Shown: positions 28,841 to 38,478, numbered from the stretch's first letter. The stretch: DNA of 64,000 bases from Eubacteriales bacterium (GCA_045532215.1 JAZSFM010000033.1:2128-66127); one strand, 5' to 3'. The notes: a model not told the origin generated them from the letters alone. Program-made: numbers and translations.

Positions 28841-30019
28841 TCAAAACGCGACTTTCTTATTGCCCACCAAGAACGCCTTTGCTGCGAGGTATTCCTCTTG
28901 CAGGCGTTTGGCTTCGGGGGAGTTTTGGTCAAAGTTGCGGCGTTTGAGAGCGCGCAACATAATATTTTTTGGAGTTTCTTCGGGGTCGATGAGCTCAAGT
29001 GCACTCACGGTATATCCACACGCCTCCAAGCGTTTGAGACGCAAAGCATCGGTTGCGGCATCGCACAGCTTTTGGCGCAGCATAGAGTGCTTTGCAATAA
29101 AGGACAACGCCTCACAATCCAGTGTGTGGTTCATTTCGTGGTGACAACAGGGGGTGGAAAGAATAACGTCTGCTTGCCACTCGGTCGCCTTGTTCAGCAC
29201 AAAGTCGGTAGCAATGTCGCAGGCGTGCAGAGAAATAACCAAATGCACGTGCTCGTTACATTCATATTTATTGACGTCACCGCAGAGGAACTCCAGACCG
29301 TCAAAACCGAGTTTTTGTGCGACCTCGTTGCAATAAGCAACCACGTCGGGTTTGAGGTCAACGCCCGTCATACGCACGTCACGTCCCAAAACTTCGGTGA
29401 AATAGTGATACGCTGCAAAGGAAAGATAGCTCTTGCCGCAACACAAATCGCAAATACGGAGCGTTCCCGTAGTGGGAAGATGTTCGATGCAATCGCAGAT
29501 GAGCTCTAAAAAGCGGTTTATCTGACGGAATTTGGATTGTCTCTTATCGCGCACACGACCATTTTCGTCACTAACATCCAAGAGTTTGAGAAAGGGCTCG
29601 CCTCCCGAAAGAATATAATTCTTTTCGCGGTTGTTGCTCTCGATTTTGGCACATGGGGCATAATTTTGCTCCAGCGCTCGCGCAAGCTTCTCACCGCCAA
29701 TGAGCGTCACCTTTCCTTTTTTTGAGGAGCGCAGTTCGCAATCCCCAAGAGTGGTCAGCAGATTGATCTGCGCCCAATCGGATGCTACCTCAAAAAGGCG
29801 ATGGATGTCATCTGGCAGGATATTTTCGTGCAACGCCTTGTTATCGGCGCGCAGCGTTTCGGCTTGTAACACGGTCTTGCCGCCTACGCGACGCAAGGTC
29901 AGCGTGCATTTGACGTTTGCGACATCTGTGGGTTTGGAGAGCACGGCTTTTTTGAGTGCTCCCTTTTGTGCCGCCAGAGAGATCAGTTCAACGATTTTTT
30001 GGTATGCTTCATTTGTCAT
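28841..30019 (-). CDS. Class I SAM-dependent methyltransferase (392 aa)
   Basis: Motif I-like ICDLCCGKSYLSF. Overlaps the plsY-like stop by 11 nt. Confidence 0.6.
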   Translation of the reverse strand: MTNEAYQKIVELISLAAQKGALKKAVLSKPTDVANVKCTLTLRRVGGKTVLQAETLRADNKALHENILPDDIHRLFEVASDWAQINLLTTLGDCELRSSKKGKVTLIGGEKLARALEQNYAPCAKIESNNREKNYILSGGEPFLKLLDVSDENGRVRDKRQSKFRQINRFLELICDCIEHLPTTGTLRICDLCCGKSYLSFAAYHYFTEVLGRDVRMTGVDLKPDVVAYCNEVAQKLGFDGLEFLCGDVNKYECNEHVHLVISLHACDIATDFVLNKATEWQADVILSTPCCHHEMNHTLDCEALSFIAKHSMLRQKLCDAATDALRLKRLEACGYTVSALELIDPEETPKNIMLRALKRRNFDQNSPEAKRLQEEYLAAKAFLVGNKKVAF

Positions 30020-30758
30020 CGTCGGAACCCTCGGCTTTCTTCTTTTTTAGATAAGTGCTAAAATAGAATTTTTCTTCTTTTCCATCTTGCACACGGCGAT
30101 AATTTTTTCGATGTGCCAAAATAACGGCAAGCATAACAAATACAGCCGTTGCCATTTGCAATCCGTCATTTGCAAACGCTTTGACAAAAAACGGATAAAG
30201 ACCCGCAATGGCAACCGAACCGAACGCTACCAACTTGGTAGCAAATACCGAAAGAACAAAAACAAACAAAAGCAACAGTGCAATAATGGGATGTAAAGCC
30301 GCCGCTGAACCAATCATCGTGACCACACCCTTGCCGCCTTGCATGTGGAAAAACAGGGGGAACAAATTGCCAAACACAACAAAGAACATAGCAAGTCCGG
30401 CTCCGTTGGCTTCCCAAATCAATCTGCCCACCCAAATAGCGGCATAACCGATGCAAAACTCGCAAACGGCACTGATAATCGTCATTTTTTTGCCATAAGA
30501 AAGCAACATATTGTAAGTCCCTGCCGTTTTTCTGCCAAGGGTACGAATATCCGCTCCGCAGATGTGGCGAGAAATGAGAATAGCAGGCGAAATGCTACCC
30601 AAAAGATAGGGAATGACAATGCAAAGGAAAGCGCCAAAAATATTGACGGCAATACTCGCATTGACTGAAAGATCAAAATGCGTGATCACCCAGTCTACCA
30701 AATTCCACACCTTTTGTATCACCGGCACTTCCTGTGCCGCTGTTAAAAACAAGTTCAT
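30009..30758 (-). CDS. plsY: PlsY-like glycerol-3-phosphate acyltransferase with an N-terminal extension
   Basis: YLLGSISPAILISR...DIRTLG and FGNLFPLFFHMQGGKGVVT resemble PlsY motifs, though the match is divergent. Confidence 0.6.
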   Translation of the reverse strand: MNLFLTAAQEVPVIQKVWNLVDWVITHFDLSVNASIAVNIFGAFLCIVIPYLLGSISPAILISRHICGADIRTLGRKTAGTYNMLLSYGKKMTIISAVCEFCIGYAAIWVGRLIWEANGAGLAMFFVVFGNLFPLFFHMQGGKGVVTMIGSAAALHPIIALLLLFVFVLSVFATKLVAFGSVAIAGLYPFFVKAFANDGLQMATAVFVMLAVILAHRKNYRRVQDGKEEKFYFSTYLKKKKAEGSDDDK

Positions 30759-30768
30759 AGGACCTCCA

Positions 30769-31848
30769 TCAGAAGAGTTCGATCAATTCCTTCGGGCTCT
30801 TGGTAAAGTTGCGAATGCTACCGTCGTTGCAAACGGCAACCATATCCTCAATACGGCAACCGTACTTGCCTTCAATGTAAATACCGGGCTCAAAGGTAAC
30901 GACGTGTCCACGCTCAAGAACGTCTGCGTTATCTGCCTTGGGAGAGAGGCGGGGTTCTTCATGAATGAACATTCCCACACCGTGACCGAGAGAGTGACCG
31001 AAGCAGCCCTTGTAACCCGCGCCGTGAATAACGTTGCGCGCAGCGGTATCAAGCGCGTGGCAGGATACACCCTCAGCGGCTGCTTCAAGAGCAACCGTTT
31101 GTGCCAACAGTACGGTATTGTAAACCTTTTTGATTTCTTCATCGGCACGGCCGAGAACAATGGTACGCGTCATATCCGAGCAGTACCCATCAACGCGTGC
31201 GCCGAAATCCATTGTCAAAAAGCCCTTTTCCAACTTGACGGGACGCGGTACACCGTGAGGACGAGAGGAGTTTGTGCCCGATACCGCAATGGTATCAAAC
31301 GCCAAACTTTGCGCGCCTTGGCGACGCATGAACATTTCAAGCTCCAAAGCAACGTCAATTTCGGTCATCTCGGGAGTGAGCACCTTGAGGATGTGTGCAA
31401 ATGCCGCGTCGGTAACGTTTTGTGCACGCGCGATCTTTTCCAATTCCTCATCGCTCTTGTGCAAGCGCAAACGCGTCAGGAGTGCCGAAGCGCCGCCAAC
31501 AAGAGTGATGCCAACAAAGGTTTTGCTGTAACGCTCGTAGGTGGCATAAGAAAGATTATCTTCTTCAATTGCTACGCGCGCACAGTTATGCTCACCAAGC
31601 AGTGTGCGAATGGCATCCGTGGCTCCCTTTTCGGGGGTGAGAACCTGCATACCTGCAACGGCTTGCTCCTTTGCCGCTTCTACGTAGCGGAAGTCGGTAA
31701 TCAAATACGCATCCTTTTGCATAACCAATACAACACCGTCGTGGAATTCAAAGCCCGACAGATAATGTTGGTTGAGTTGATCGCTGATAATAGCGGCATC
31801 ATAGCCGTTTTCTATGAGTAATGCTTGAAAATTCTTCAAATTTGACAT
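30769..31848 (-). CDS. Xaa-Pro aminopeptidase/dipeptidase (M24 family)
   Basis: HSLGHGVGMFIHEEP and VVTFEPGIY motifs. Start trimmed to MSNLKNF (ATG 31848-31846, AAGAGGA SD). Confidence 0.8.
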   Translation of the reverse strand: MSNLKNFQALLIENGYDAAIISDQLNQHYLSGFEFHDGVVLVMQKDAYLITDFRYVEAAKEQAVAGMQVLTPEKGATDAIRTLLGEHNCARVAIEEDNLSYATYERYSKTFVGITLVGGASALLTRLRLHKSDEELEKIARAQNVTDAAFAHILKVLTPEMTEIDVALELEMFMRRQGAQSLAFDTIAVSGTNSSRPHGVPRPVKLEKGFLTMDFGARVDGYCSDMTRTIVLGRADEEIKKVYNTVLLAQTVALEAAAEGVSCHALDTAARNVIHGAGYKGCFGHSLGHGVGMFIHEEPRLSPKADNADVLERGHVVTFEPGIYIEGKYGCRIEDMVAVCNDGSIRNFTKSPKELIELF

Positions 31849-32000
31849 ATCAAAATCCTCTTTTCTTTTCCTTTTCTTCATTATATCACAAAAAAGCAAA
31901 AAAGTATAGTACCTACAAAAATTTTTTCGCTTCTCTTTTGCGACAAATTTATCAAGGGCGTAGCGGTATAATAGGGACAGAGACAAAGGAGGAAGCCCAT

Positions 32001-32858
32001 ATGGTACAAGAAGTTTACGTTGATCTTTATTTTCTCATCAATACTTGCATGAATTTGCTGACGCTGATGATCAGCGCGACGCTCCTCCATCGAAAAGTCA
32101 GCCGCGCGCGCGCGTGGCTTGCCGCCTCGGCGGGAGGACTTTGGGCTGTGGTAGCTCTTTTTGGGGGCGTGGAAGGATTTTGGGGGCTTCTCTGCGATGC
32201 CGCCGTCATCTTTTTGATGTGTGCCGCTGTATTTGTTTCTAAAAAGACAACCTTTTGGGGGCTATTCAAATGCACAGTCGTCGGCGTGCTGACGTCGATG
32301 ATCCTCGGTGGCGTGATGACTGCTCTCTATTCCCTCTTCAATCGCATCAAGCTCCCTTTAAGCGATACACAAGAAAGCAGTGGCTCAATCCTCATCTTCG
32401 CGCTGATTGCAGCTCTTGCAGGGCTTGCCACAGTGCAGGGGGGACGGTTCCTCGGACTTTCAAAAAAAAGCAAATACGTGACCGTGAGTGCCGATCTGTT
32501 TGGCAAAACCGTAACCCTGCGCGCCTTGGTGGACACAGGAAATCACCTACGCGAGCCAATCAGCGGCCGTAGCGTGATTGTTGCCGATAAGGAACATATT
32601 CTTGCGGCTCTGCCCCCATCGCTCTCTGTGGCGCTCAAAAGCCCCTATGCCGAGAAGTGGCTTTCGGATGAGCGTTACGCCACACACATTCGTCTTGTCC
32701 CCACCAACACCGCAACGGGAAGGCAAATGCTGCCTGCCATTTTGCCTGATCGCCTCACCCTTACCGATGGCAAAGAAACCTACCCTGCCGATTATTTGAT
32801 TGCGCCGGCATCTATAGAGAGCACCTCTGATTTTGATGCCGTAATCGCTATGAACTGA
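32001..32858 (+). CDS. spoIIGA: Sigma-E processing aspartic protease SpoIIGA
   Basis: VYVDLYFLINTCMNLLTL N-terminus, LVDTGNHLREPISG motif, AAAGGAGGA SD. Lies immediately upstream of sigE. Confidence 0.85.
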   Translation: MVQEVYVDLYFLINTCMNLLTLMISATLLHRKVSRARAWLAASAGGLWAVVALFGGVEGFWGLLCDAAVIFLMCAAVFVSKKTTFWGLFKCTVVGVLTSMILGGVMTALYSLFNRIKLPLSDTQESSGSILIFALIAALAGLATVQGGRFLGLSKKSKYVTVSADLFGKTVTLRALVDTGNHLREPISGRSVIVADKEHILAALPPSLSVALKSPYAEKWLSDERYATHIRLVPTNTATGRQMLPAILPDRLTLTDGKETYPADYLIAPASIESTSDFDAVIAMN

Positions 32859-32876
32859 ACCCCCAAGGAGGACTTT

Positions 32877-33575
32877 ATGACTTGGTTCAACCGCCTGCGG
32901 CTAAAAATTGCCGCCCTGTTTTGTAAACCCAGAGATCTCTATTACATCAACGGCCCCGATACTCTCCCCACACCGCTCTCGGCAGAGGAAGAACCCGACT
33001 GCATTGAACACATCGACGAAGATGACGTGCGCGCACGCCTGATTGAACACAATCTGCGTCTTGTTGTTTACGTTGCCAAAAAGTTCGAGAACGTAGGCAC
33101 GGGAATTGAAGATTTGATCTCCATCGGCACCGTCGGGCTGATTAAGGCGATCAACACCTTTCGTGCCGACAAAAGCATCAAGCTTGCTACCTATGCCTCG
33201 CGGTGCATCGAAAACGAGATTTTGATGTATATTCGCAAAAACAGTTCACAAAAAACAGCCATCTCTATCGATGAACCGCTCAACACCGATTGGGATGGCA
33301 ACGAGCTTCTCCTCTCCGACGTTTTGGGCAGTGACGAAGAAAGCATCTCTTATGAATTGGAGCAACGAGAAGAACGGCAAATGGTACGCGATGCTGTTTG
33401 CAAGCTTGCTCCGAGGGAGCGCGAGTTGATCGAGTTGCGTTATGGGATGCGCACAGGCAAAGAAATGACACAAAAAGAGGTCGCCGACCTATTGGGAATT
33501 TCACAATCCTATATTTCGCGCTTGGAAAAGCGCATCCTCTCTTCCCTGCGAGAAAATCTTGCGGGAAAAATATAA
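32877..33575 (+). CDS. sigE: Sporulation sigma factor SigE (pro-sigma-E)
   Basis: YYINGPDTLPTPLSAEEE pro-sequence junction. NLRLVVYVAKKF, GLIKAINTF and region 4 HTH VADLLGISQSYISRLEKR. Confidence 0.9.
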   Translation: MTWFNRLRLKIAALFCKPRDLYYINGPDTLPTPLSAEEEPDCIEHIDEDDVRARLIEHNLRLVVYVAKKFENVGTGIEDLISIGTVGLIKAINTFRADKSIKLATYASRCIENEILMYIRKNSSQKTAISIDEPLNTDWDGNELLLSDVLGSDEESISYELEQREERQMVRDAVCKLAPRERELIELRYGMRTGKEMTQKEVADLLGISQSYISRLEKRILSSLRENLAGKI

Positions 33576-33580
33576 AAAAA

Positions 33581-33616
33581 ATCACTCATCCGCAAAGCGG
33601 ATGAGTGATTTTTTCT
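33581..33616. terminator. Rho-independent terminator after sigE (bidirectional context)
   Basis: 13-bp perfect stem ATCACTCATCCGC-AAA-GCGGATGAGTGAT flanked by an A-run and a T-run. Confidence 0.85.
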
Positions 33617-33629
33617 CTTTCAATTATAC

Positions 33630-33998
33630 CTAGAGGGTATTCTTTACGGAGCGACCCATATCGACCAAAGCTTCCTTCAGTTGATCGAACGTGAAAACGC
33701 CAGTGAAGTGCAGAACTACAAATGCTGCGATAGCAATAATAGTCAGAACTGCAAGAGTACCGTACATACGTGCGAAGTTAGCAACGTTGCGGTCCTTTGC
33801 CTTAGCAGCCTTGCACCAAGCTACGATCCAACCAATTACAGGAATGATGTAGAGCAAACCACGGAAGAAGTAGCCCCAACCGGTAATAGGTCTGTAAGAA
33901 ACGGGAAGCTTCTTTTCGATCTCCTTAAGTTGCTTTCTCTTGGAGAGCTTCTTAGGAGCCTTAACCTTCTTGACTTTCTCAACTTTCGTCTTTTTCAT
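33630..33998 (-). CDS. Small membrane protein with a Lys-rich N-terminus (122 aa), paralog A
   Basis: MKKTKVEKVKKVKAPKK...SYRPITGWGYFFRGLLYIIPVIGW. Shares its architecture with 34237-34557. Confidence 0.6.
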   Translation of the reverse strand: MKKTKVEKVKKVKAPKKLSKRKQLKEIEKKLPVSYRPITGWGYFFRGLLYIIPVIGWIVAWCKAAKAKDRNVANFARMYGTLAVLTIIAIAAFVVLHFTGVFTFDQLKEALVDMGRSVKNTL

Positions 33999-34236
33999 AA
34001 TTTTTTCACCCTTTCCTCTGACTATGTCAGAATGTTTTACACTAATAGATTACCACTTTTTTGTGAATTTGTCAAGAGGTATTTTGCTTTTTTTTGAAAA
34101 ATATATCATTTTTTTTACGACTTTTTACGATTTTTAGTAAAAAAAAAACCAAAATAACAAAAAATGCGCAAAAGTAGAACAAAAAGCAATCAGCAAAAAG
34201 GAAATTTCCTTGGACTGATTGCTCTTTGTTTATCTG

Positions 34237-34557
34237 TTAAATTTTCAAAAGTCCGGTAGCAAGCGCTGCAATAACACCGGCAATCAAAAGCACGGTAAAG
34301 AGCACAAAACCGCGAGCATAACTACGGCCGTGGCGGCTCTTGCCATTGATTGCATGGATAATCATAAATGTCCAACCAAGTACAGGAATGATGTACAAAA
34401 GAGTGCGCCAAAAGTAACTCCAAGAGGAGAGCGGTCTGTAGGAAGGCGGCAACAATTCTTCTACCGACTTGAGTGTTGCCTTGGGCTCTTTCAGCTTTTT
34501 GATTTTTCTTGTCTTAAATTTAGGTTCCTTTTCAACCTTGATTTTTTCCTTTTTCAT
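34237..34557 (-). CDS. Small membrane protein with a Lys-rich N-terminus (106 aa), paralog B
   Basis: MKKEKIKVEKEPKFKTRK...SYRPLSSWSYFWRTLLYIIPVLGW. Confidence 0.6.
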   Translation of the reverse strand: MKKEKIKVEKEPKFKTRKIKKLKEPKATLKSVEELLPPSYRPLSSWSYFWRTLLYIIPVLGWTFMIIHAINGKSRHGRSYARGFVLFTVLLIAGVIAALATGLLKI

Positions 34558-34694
34558 TTTTTCACCCTTTCTTTGACCAATGCCAAAATATTACACCTAT
34601 AGAATAGCACTTTTTTGCTCTGATTGCAAGGTTTTTTGTCAAATTTTAATACTTTCTTCACAAACGGACAGCCGTTATTCGCAAAAAACAGAAA

Positions 34695-35237
34695 TCAGAG
34701 CGAATATTCCATATAAGGTTCACCGTCCAGACGCTTCCAAGTCAGTTGTCCATTTTCAAGAATCAAATATCCGTGCGGACTGTTTTCTTTAGGGATCGAG
34801 ACCGAACCGGGGTTGATATAAAGATAGTCCTCGTGCTCAACACATTTGGGAATATGCGTATGCCCGTGCAACAAAACGTCCCCCTTACCGAGGGGCGGCA
34901 ACTTTTGCTCATTGTAAACGTGACCGTGTGTGGCATAGATCATCCGCTCACCTACCGCAAGAATAGCATAGTCGGCAAGCACGGGGAAATTCAAAACCAT
35001 TTGGTCAACCTCGGTATCGCAATTTCCGCGTACGCAAAGCAGTTTTTCTTTAATACCGTTGAGCATTTCGATGACTTGCTTAGGTACATAATCGCGCGGC
35101 AAATCGTTGCGAGGACCATGGTAAAGCACGTCCCCCAGAAGCAGCAGTTTATTCGCGCCCTCGCGTTCAAAAGCGGCTAAAAGTTCTCGACAATAGTAAG
35201 CCGAGCCGTGAATATCGGATGCGATCATCCATTTCAT
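34695..35237 (-). CDS. YfcE/MJ0936-family metallophosphoesterase (phosphodiesterase)
   Basis: SDIHGS, LLGDVLYHGPRN, GNCD, THGH and HGHTH motifs. Confidence 0.8.
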   Translation of the reverse strand: MKWMIASDIHGSAYYCRELLAAFEREGANKLLLLGDVLYHGPRNDLPRDYVPKQVIEMLNGIKEKLLCVRGNCDTEVDQMVLNFPVLADYAILAVGERMIYATHGHVYNEQKLPPLGKGDVLLHGHTHIPKCVEHEDYLYINPGSVSIPKENSPHGYLILENGQLTWKRLDGEPYMEYSL

Positions 35238-35250
35238 CTTTCAAGTCTCC

Positions 35251-36609
35251 TCAATTCTTTAAGCTGTGAATCGGTGCAGGTATTCTTCCGCCTCTGCGAA
35301 TGAATTGTGAGGGCGAGTAGGTGTTGATTGCCATAATGGGAGCGGTACCCAACAATCCACCAAACTCTACGCTTTCGCCTGCTTTTTTGCCATATGCGGG
35401 AATAATGCGCACTGCCGTTGTTTTGGTGTTGACAACACCAATGGAGATTTCGTCGGCGATGATACCATTGATAACGTCCTCGGGAGTGTCACCGGGAACA
35501 GCAATCATATCAAGACCAACCGAGCAGACCGCCGACATTGCCTCAAGCTTCTCCAAGGAAAGTGCTCCGCGCTCCACTGCGGCAATCATGCCTGCATCCT
35601 CGGAAACGGGGATAAACGCGCCGGAAAGGCCTCCTACGTGCGAGGATGCCATAACGCCACCCTTTTTGACGGCATCGTTAAGCATTGCAAGTGCCGCCGT
35701 GGTGCCGTGAGCACCGCAGGACTCAAGTCCCATCCCCTCAAGGATGTATGCCACCGAGTCGCCGATGGCGGGAGTGGGCGCGAGGGAGAGGTCTACAATA
35801 CCAAAGGGAGTATTGAGACGTCTTGCCGCCTCGTTTGCCACGAGTTGACCGACACGTGTGATCTTAAATGCAGTTTTTTTGATAACGTCTGCGAGTTCGG
35901 AAAGGTTGCAGTCCCCTGCCCGACGAATGGCAGATGCCACCACACCGGGGCCGCTGACGCCTACGTTGATAGCCGCCTCGGGTTCACCGATGCCGCAGAA
36001 TGCGCCTGCCATAAACGGGTTATCCTCGGGAACGTTTGCAAACACAACGAGCTTTGCACAAGCAATGGAGTTCTCGTCACGCGTCAGGTATGCCGCGCGT
36101 TTGATGGCAGAACCCATCAGGGCAATGGCATCCATATTGATGCCCGCTTTGGTGGATGCCACGTTGACAGAGGAACAAACGTTTCTCGTTTCGGACAGTG
36201 CCTCGGGGATGATGGAAATAAGATTTTTCGCTCCCTCGGTCATTCCCTTTTGCACAAGGGCGGAAAAACCGCCGATAAAGTTGATGCCAAGCGTATCGGC
36301 AGCGCGTTGCAAGGTGTGCGCGATCTTGAGGTATCCCTCGGGAGATGCCGCACCTCCTACAAGCGATATGGGCGTGACAGAGACGCGCTTGTTCACAATC
36401 GGGATGCCGTACATCTTTTCGATGTCGTTGCCCGTTACAACAAGTCGCTCGGCACGCGTGGTAATTTTGTCATAGATTTTATCACAAAGACGATCCACGT
36501 CCTCGCTCACGCAATCCCACAGAGAGATGCCCATGGTGATGGTGCGTATGTCGAGGTTTTCCTCGCGGATCATATTGATGGTTTCTAAAACATCTTGCGT
36601 ATTGATCAT
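35251..36609 (-). CDS. UPF0210 (DUF711, PFL-like) family protein
   Basis: N-terminus [24 protein letters not shown] is typical of UPF0210. Paired with the upstream ACT protein, as is usual for this family. Confidence 0.75.
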   Translation of the reverse strand: MINTQDVLETINMIREENLDIRTITMGISLWDCVSEDVDRLCDKIYDKITTRAERLVVTGNDIEKMYGIPIVNKRVSVTPISLVGGAASPEGYLKIAHTLQRAADTLGINFIGGFSALVQKGMTEGAKNLISIIPEALSETRNVCSSVNVASTKAGINMDAIALMGSAIKRAAYLTRDENSIACAKLVVFANVPEDNPFMAGAFCGIGEPEAAINVGVSGPGVVASAIRRAGDCNLSELADVIKKTAFKITRVGQLVANEAARRLNTPFGIVDLSLAPTPAIGDSVAYILEGMGLESCGAHGTTAALAMLNDAVKKGGVMASSHVGGLSGAFIPVSEDAGMIAAVERGALSLEKLEAMSAVCSVGLDMIAVPGDTPEDVINGIIADEISIGVVNTKTTAVRIIPAYGKKAGESVEFGGLLGTAPIMAINTYSPSQFIRRGGRIPAPIHSLKN

Positions 36610-36621
36610 TTTGCCAACCCC

Positions 36622-36891
36622 TTAGATATGATGCATGGTGTTGAAGATGTCCTCGTGCATAGCGTGGATCATCAGTCCCTTGCCCTCGCCAAGTGCCTTA
36701 AGCGCATCGGCAAAATCGGCAAACTCTACGTCAAGAGCATCAATGTCAGCGAGCATAATCATTGCAAAATACTCGGAGAGTACACTTTGCGTGATATCGA
36801 GAATGTTTGCGCGATATTTTGCGCAAACTGCCGCCACATCGGCAATAATTCCAACGGTATCCTTACCCGTTACGGTGATAACTGCTTTCAT
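36622..36891 (-). CDS. ACT-domain protein (UPF0237 family)
   Basis: MKAVITVTGKDTVGIIADVAAVCAKYRANILDI. Start trimmed to the ATG at 36891-36889 (AAAGGTGGA SD). Confidence 0.75.
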   Translation of the reverse strand: MKAVITVTGKDTVGIIADVAAVCAKYRANILDITQSVLSEYFAMIMLADIDALDVEFADFADALKALGEGKGLMIHAMHEDIFNTMHHI

Positions 36892-37030
36892 AAAAAGATC
36901 CACCTTTCATCTTTTTTGCTTATCTTTAATTATAATAGATTATGAAATGAAAGTCAATAGCAAATCTATATGAAAATCCATCTTCAAAGAAACTGTTGGA
37001 GGATATTTTTGACAAATCCCCCCAAGGCGG

Positions 37031-37059
37031 TTGACAAACCCCTCTTTTTGTGGTATAAT
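37031..37059 (+). promoter_or_regulatory. Promoter of 37088-37639
   Basis: TTGACA (37031-37036), 17 nt, TATAAT (37054-37059). Confidence 0.65.
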
Positions 37060-37087
37060 AAGGAAAACGATTTTGGAGGTACTGATT

Positions 37088-37639
37088 ATGAACAGCGATT
37101 CCGGTTTTGGTTCGAGCGGCGCTCCCTTTGAATATGACGTTGCCGAAGCCAATAACAAAGCTCTCAAAACAAAAAAATTACTCTTTATTGTTGGATACGT
37201 ATTGTATGGCGCAATTATTTTGGGCGTTGGCGCAATGGCAAAAATCATTTTGCCCCTTTTGTGCTTCATTCCCCTCTCTTTGTGGATCATTGTTTGGCTC
37301 ACTTGGAGATTTACGCAAGTGGAATACGAGTACTCCTTCTTCTCCGGCGTACTCACCGTCAGCCGCGTTCTTGGCAACCGCACACGCAAAAAGTTGGCAG
37401 AAGTTCGCATTCAACAGTTTTCGGCTGTATTCCCTGCCGAAGAAGCAAACCAATCCAAGGTTGAAGCTTGGGGTGCTCAAAACACCATTTTTGCCGCATC
37501 CGAGGCAAATGCCGAAAATCTTTGGATCGCCCTTTGGGAAGATGCCGAGAGCGGCAAACGTTGCGCTCTGTATTTCGAGCCCAACGAAAAAGCAATTAAA
37601 ATTTTGAAATACTACAACGCCTCTGCAATGGCGAAATAA
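37088..37639 (+). CDS. Hypothetical two-transmembrane protein (183 aa)
   Basis: ATG at 37088 with a GGAGG SD. Hydrophobic hairpin LLFIVGYVLYGAIILGV...LLCFIPLSLWIIVWL. Confidence 0.6.
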   Translation: MNSDSGFGSSGAPFEYDVAEANNKALKTKKLLFIVGYVLYGAIILGVGAMAKIILPLLCFIPLSLWIIVWLTWRFTQVEYEYSFFSGVLTVSRVLGNRTRKKLAEVRIQQFSAVFPAEEANQSKVEAWGAQNTIFAASEANAENLWIALWEDAESGKRCALYFEPNEKAIKILKYYNASAMAK

Positions 37640-37652
37640 GAACATAACAAAA

Positions 37653-37685
37653 ACAGCTCACCAAACGGTGAGCTGTTTTATTTTT
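37653..37685 (+). terminator. Rho-independent terminator
   Basis: ACAGCTCACC-AAAC-GGTGAGCTGT followed by a T-run. Confidence 0.8.
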
Positions 37686-38226
37686 CTGTTTTTTGATGTT
37701 TATGATACCATCTCATCGGATTTTTGATAACATAATTGATATGTTCTTCGTAATCCTTTGCATCCCGAATAACGTGGTCATAAAAAGACCGTTGCCATAT
37801 ATTTTCCCCATACTCTTTGTTGTAGAAACGTTTGAACGTGGAAACAAACGACGTCACACTCGAATGTTGCTTTGTAGGGGGCGACGTCCTCGACGCCCCG
37901 CCCACTTCGGCATCCAACACGCGCAAAAGAATGTGGATGTGATCGGGCATAATGACGTATTTTTCAACGTCTATATCCTCGTAAAAATCATTTAATTGAA
38001 GAATGTATTTTTCCGCAAGTTTTCCACACGCCAAAAGCTCGACCTTTGCCACATTAACATCGTCGCTTTGCGGGGCGTCGAGGACGTCGCCCCCTACAAT
38101 GTTAGATAGCAATGGCATTTTATGCACGGTGCAAATCGTAACAAAGTATGCCGTTGGGATGTTATAATCAAATACTTGCAAACGTGTGTTTTTACGAGTT
38201 GGCAATTTCTTTTCAATGTCCATCAT
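37678..38226 (-). CDS. IS200-like/RAYT-like HUH Y1 transposase-family protein (182 aa), stand-alone
   Basis: YFVTICT, HUH motif PDHIHILL, C-terminal Tyr region HINYVIKNPMRW. No IS ends recognised. Confidence 0.65.
   Translation of the reverse strand: MMDIEKKLPTRKNTRLQVFDYNIPTAYFVTICTVHKMPLLSNIVGGDVLDAPQSDDVNVAKVELLACGKLAEKYILQLNDFYEDIDVEKYVIMPDHIHILLRVLDAEVGGASRTSPPTKQHSSVTSFVSTFKRFYNKEYGENIWQRSFYDHVIRDAKDYEEHINYVIKNPMRWYHKHQKTEK
37872..37901. repeat. Left arm of a 30-bp perfect inverted repeat inside the Y1 transposase-like ORF
   Basis: TTGTAGGGGGCGACGTCCTCGACGCCCCGC is the exact reverse complement of 38070-38099. Confidence 0.95.
38070..38099. repeat. Right arm of the 30-bp perfect inverted repeat
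   Basis: GCGGGGCGTCGAGGACGTCGCCCCCTACAA. The arms are separated by 168 bp. Confidence 0.95.
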
Positions 38227-38258
38227 ATCTTCTTATGGTGCAGCGACGGCGATCTTAT

Positions 38259-38459
38259 TTATTCTTTTGTTTTGTTATACCTTACAAGGTTTGCGATCGC
38301 GGCGACGAGAGATGCTACCACGCACAATATATGCAAAATCGTCAAAACAGGATACGTGGGATCTCCGTCAATGAAATCTACAGCAAGCGTTGCAGACCAA
38401 ATGCCTGTTGTGATAAACCACAATAGCGGTACCCATAAAGGTGTTCTTGTTGTCTTCAT
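38259..38459 (-). CDS. Small two-transmembrane protein (66 aa)
   Basis: Start trimmed to MKTTRTPLWVPLLWF (ATG 38459-38457, GAGGAAAA SD). Lies directly downstream of the FAD protein gene. Confidence 0.5.
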   Translation of the reverse strand: MKTTRTPLWVPLLWFITTGIWSATLAVDFIDGDPTYPVLTILHILCVVASLVAAIANLVRYNKTKE

Positions 38460-38478
38460 AACAGTTTTTCCTCTACGT

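Noticed and set aside
24260-32858. Long N-terminal extensions in track ORFs (24260-25948, 26391-28109, 28015-28698, 30769-31986, 31821-32858)
   Set aside because: Internal ATG codons with good SD sites match the conserved N-termini of EIICB, EI, HPr, the Xaa-Pro peptidase and SpoIIGA. The extensions run across upstream genes or intergenic DNA.
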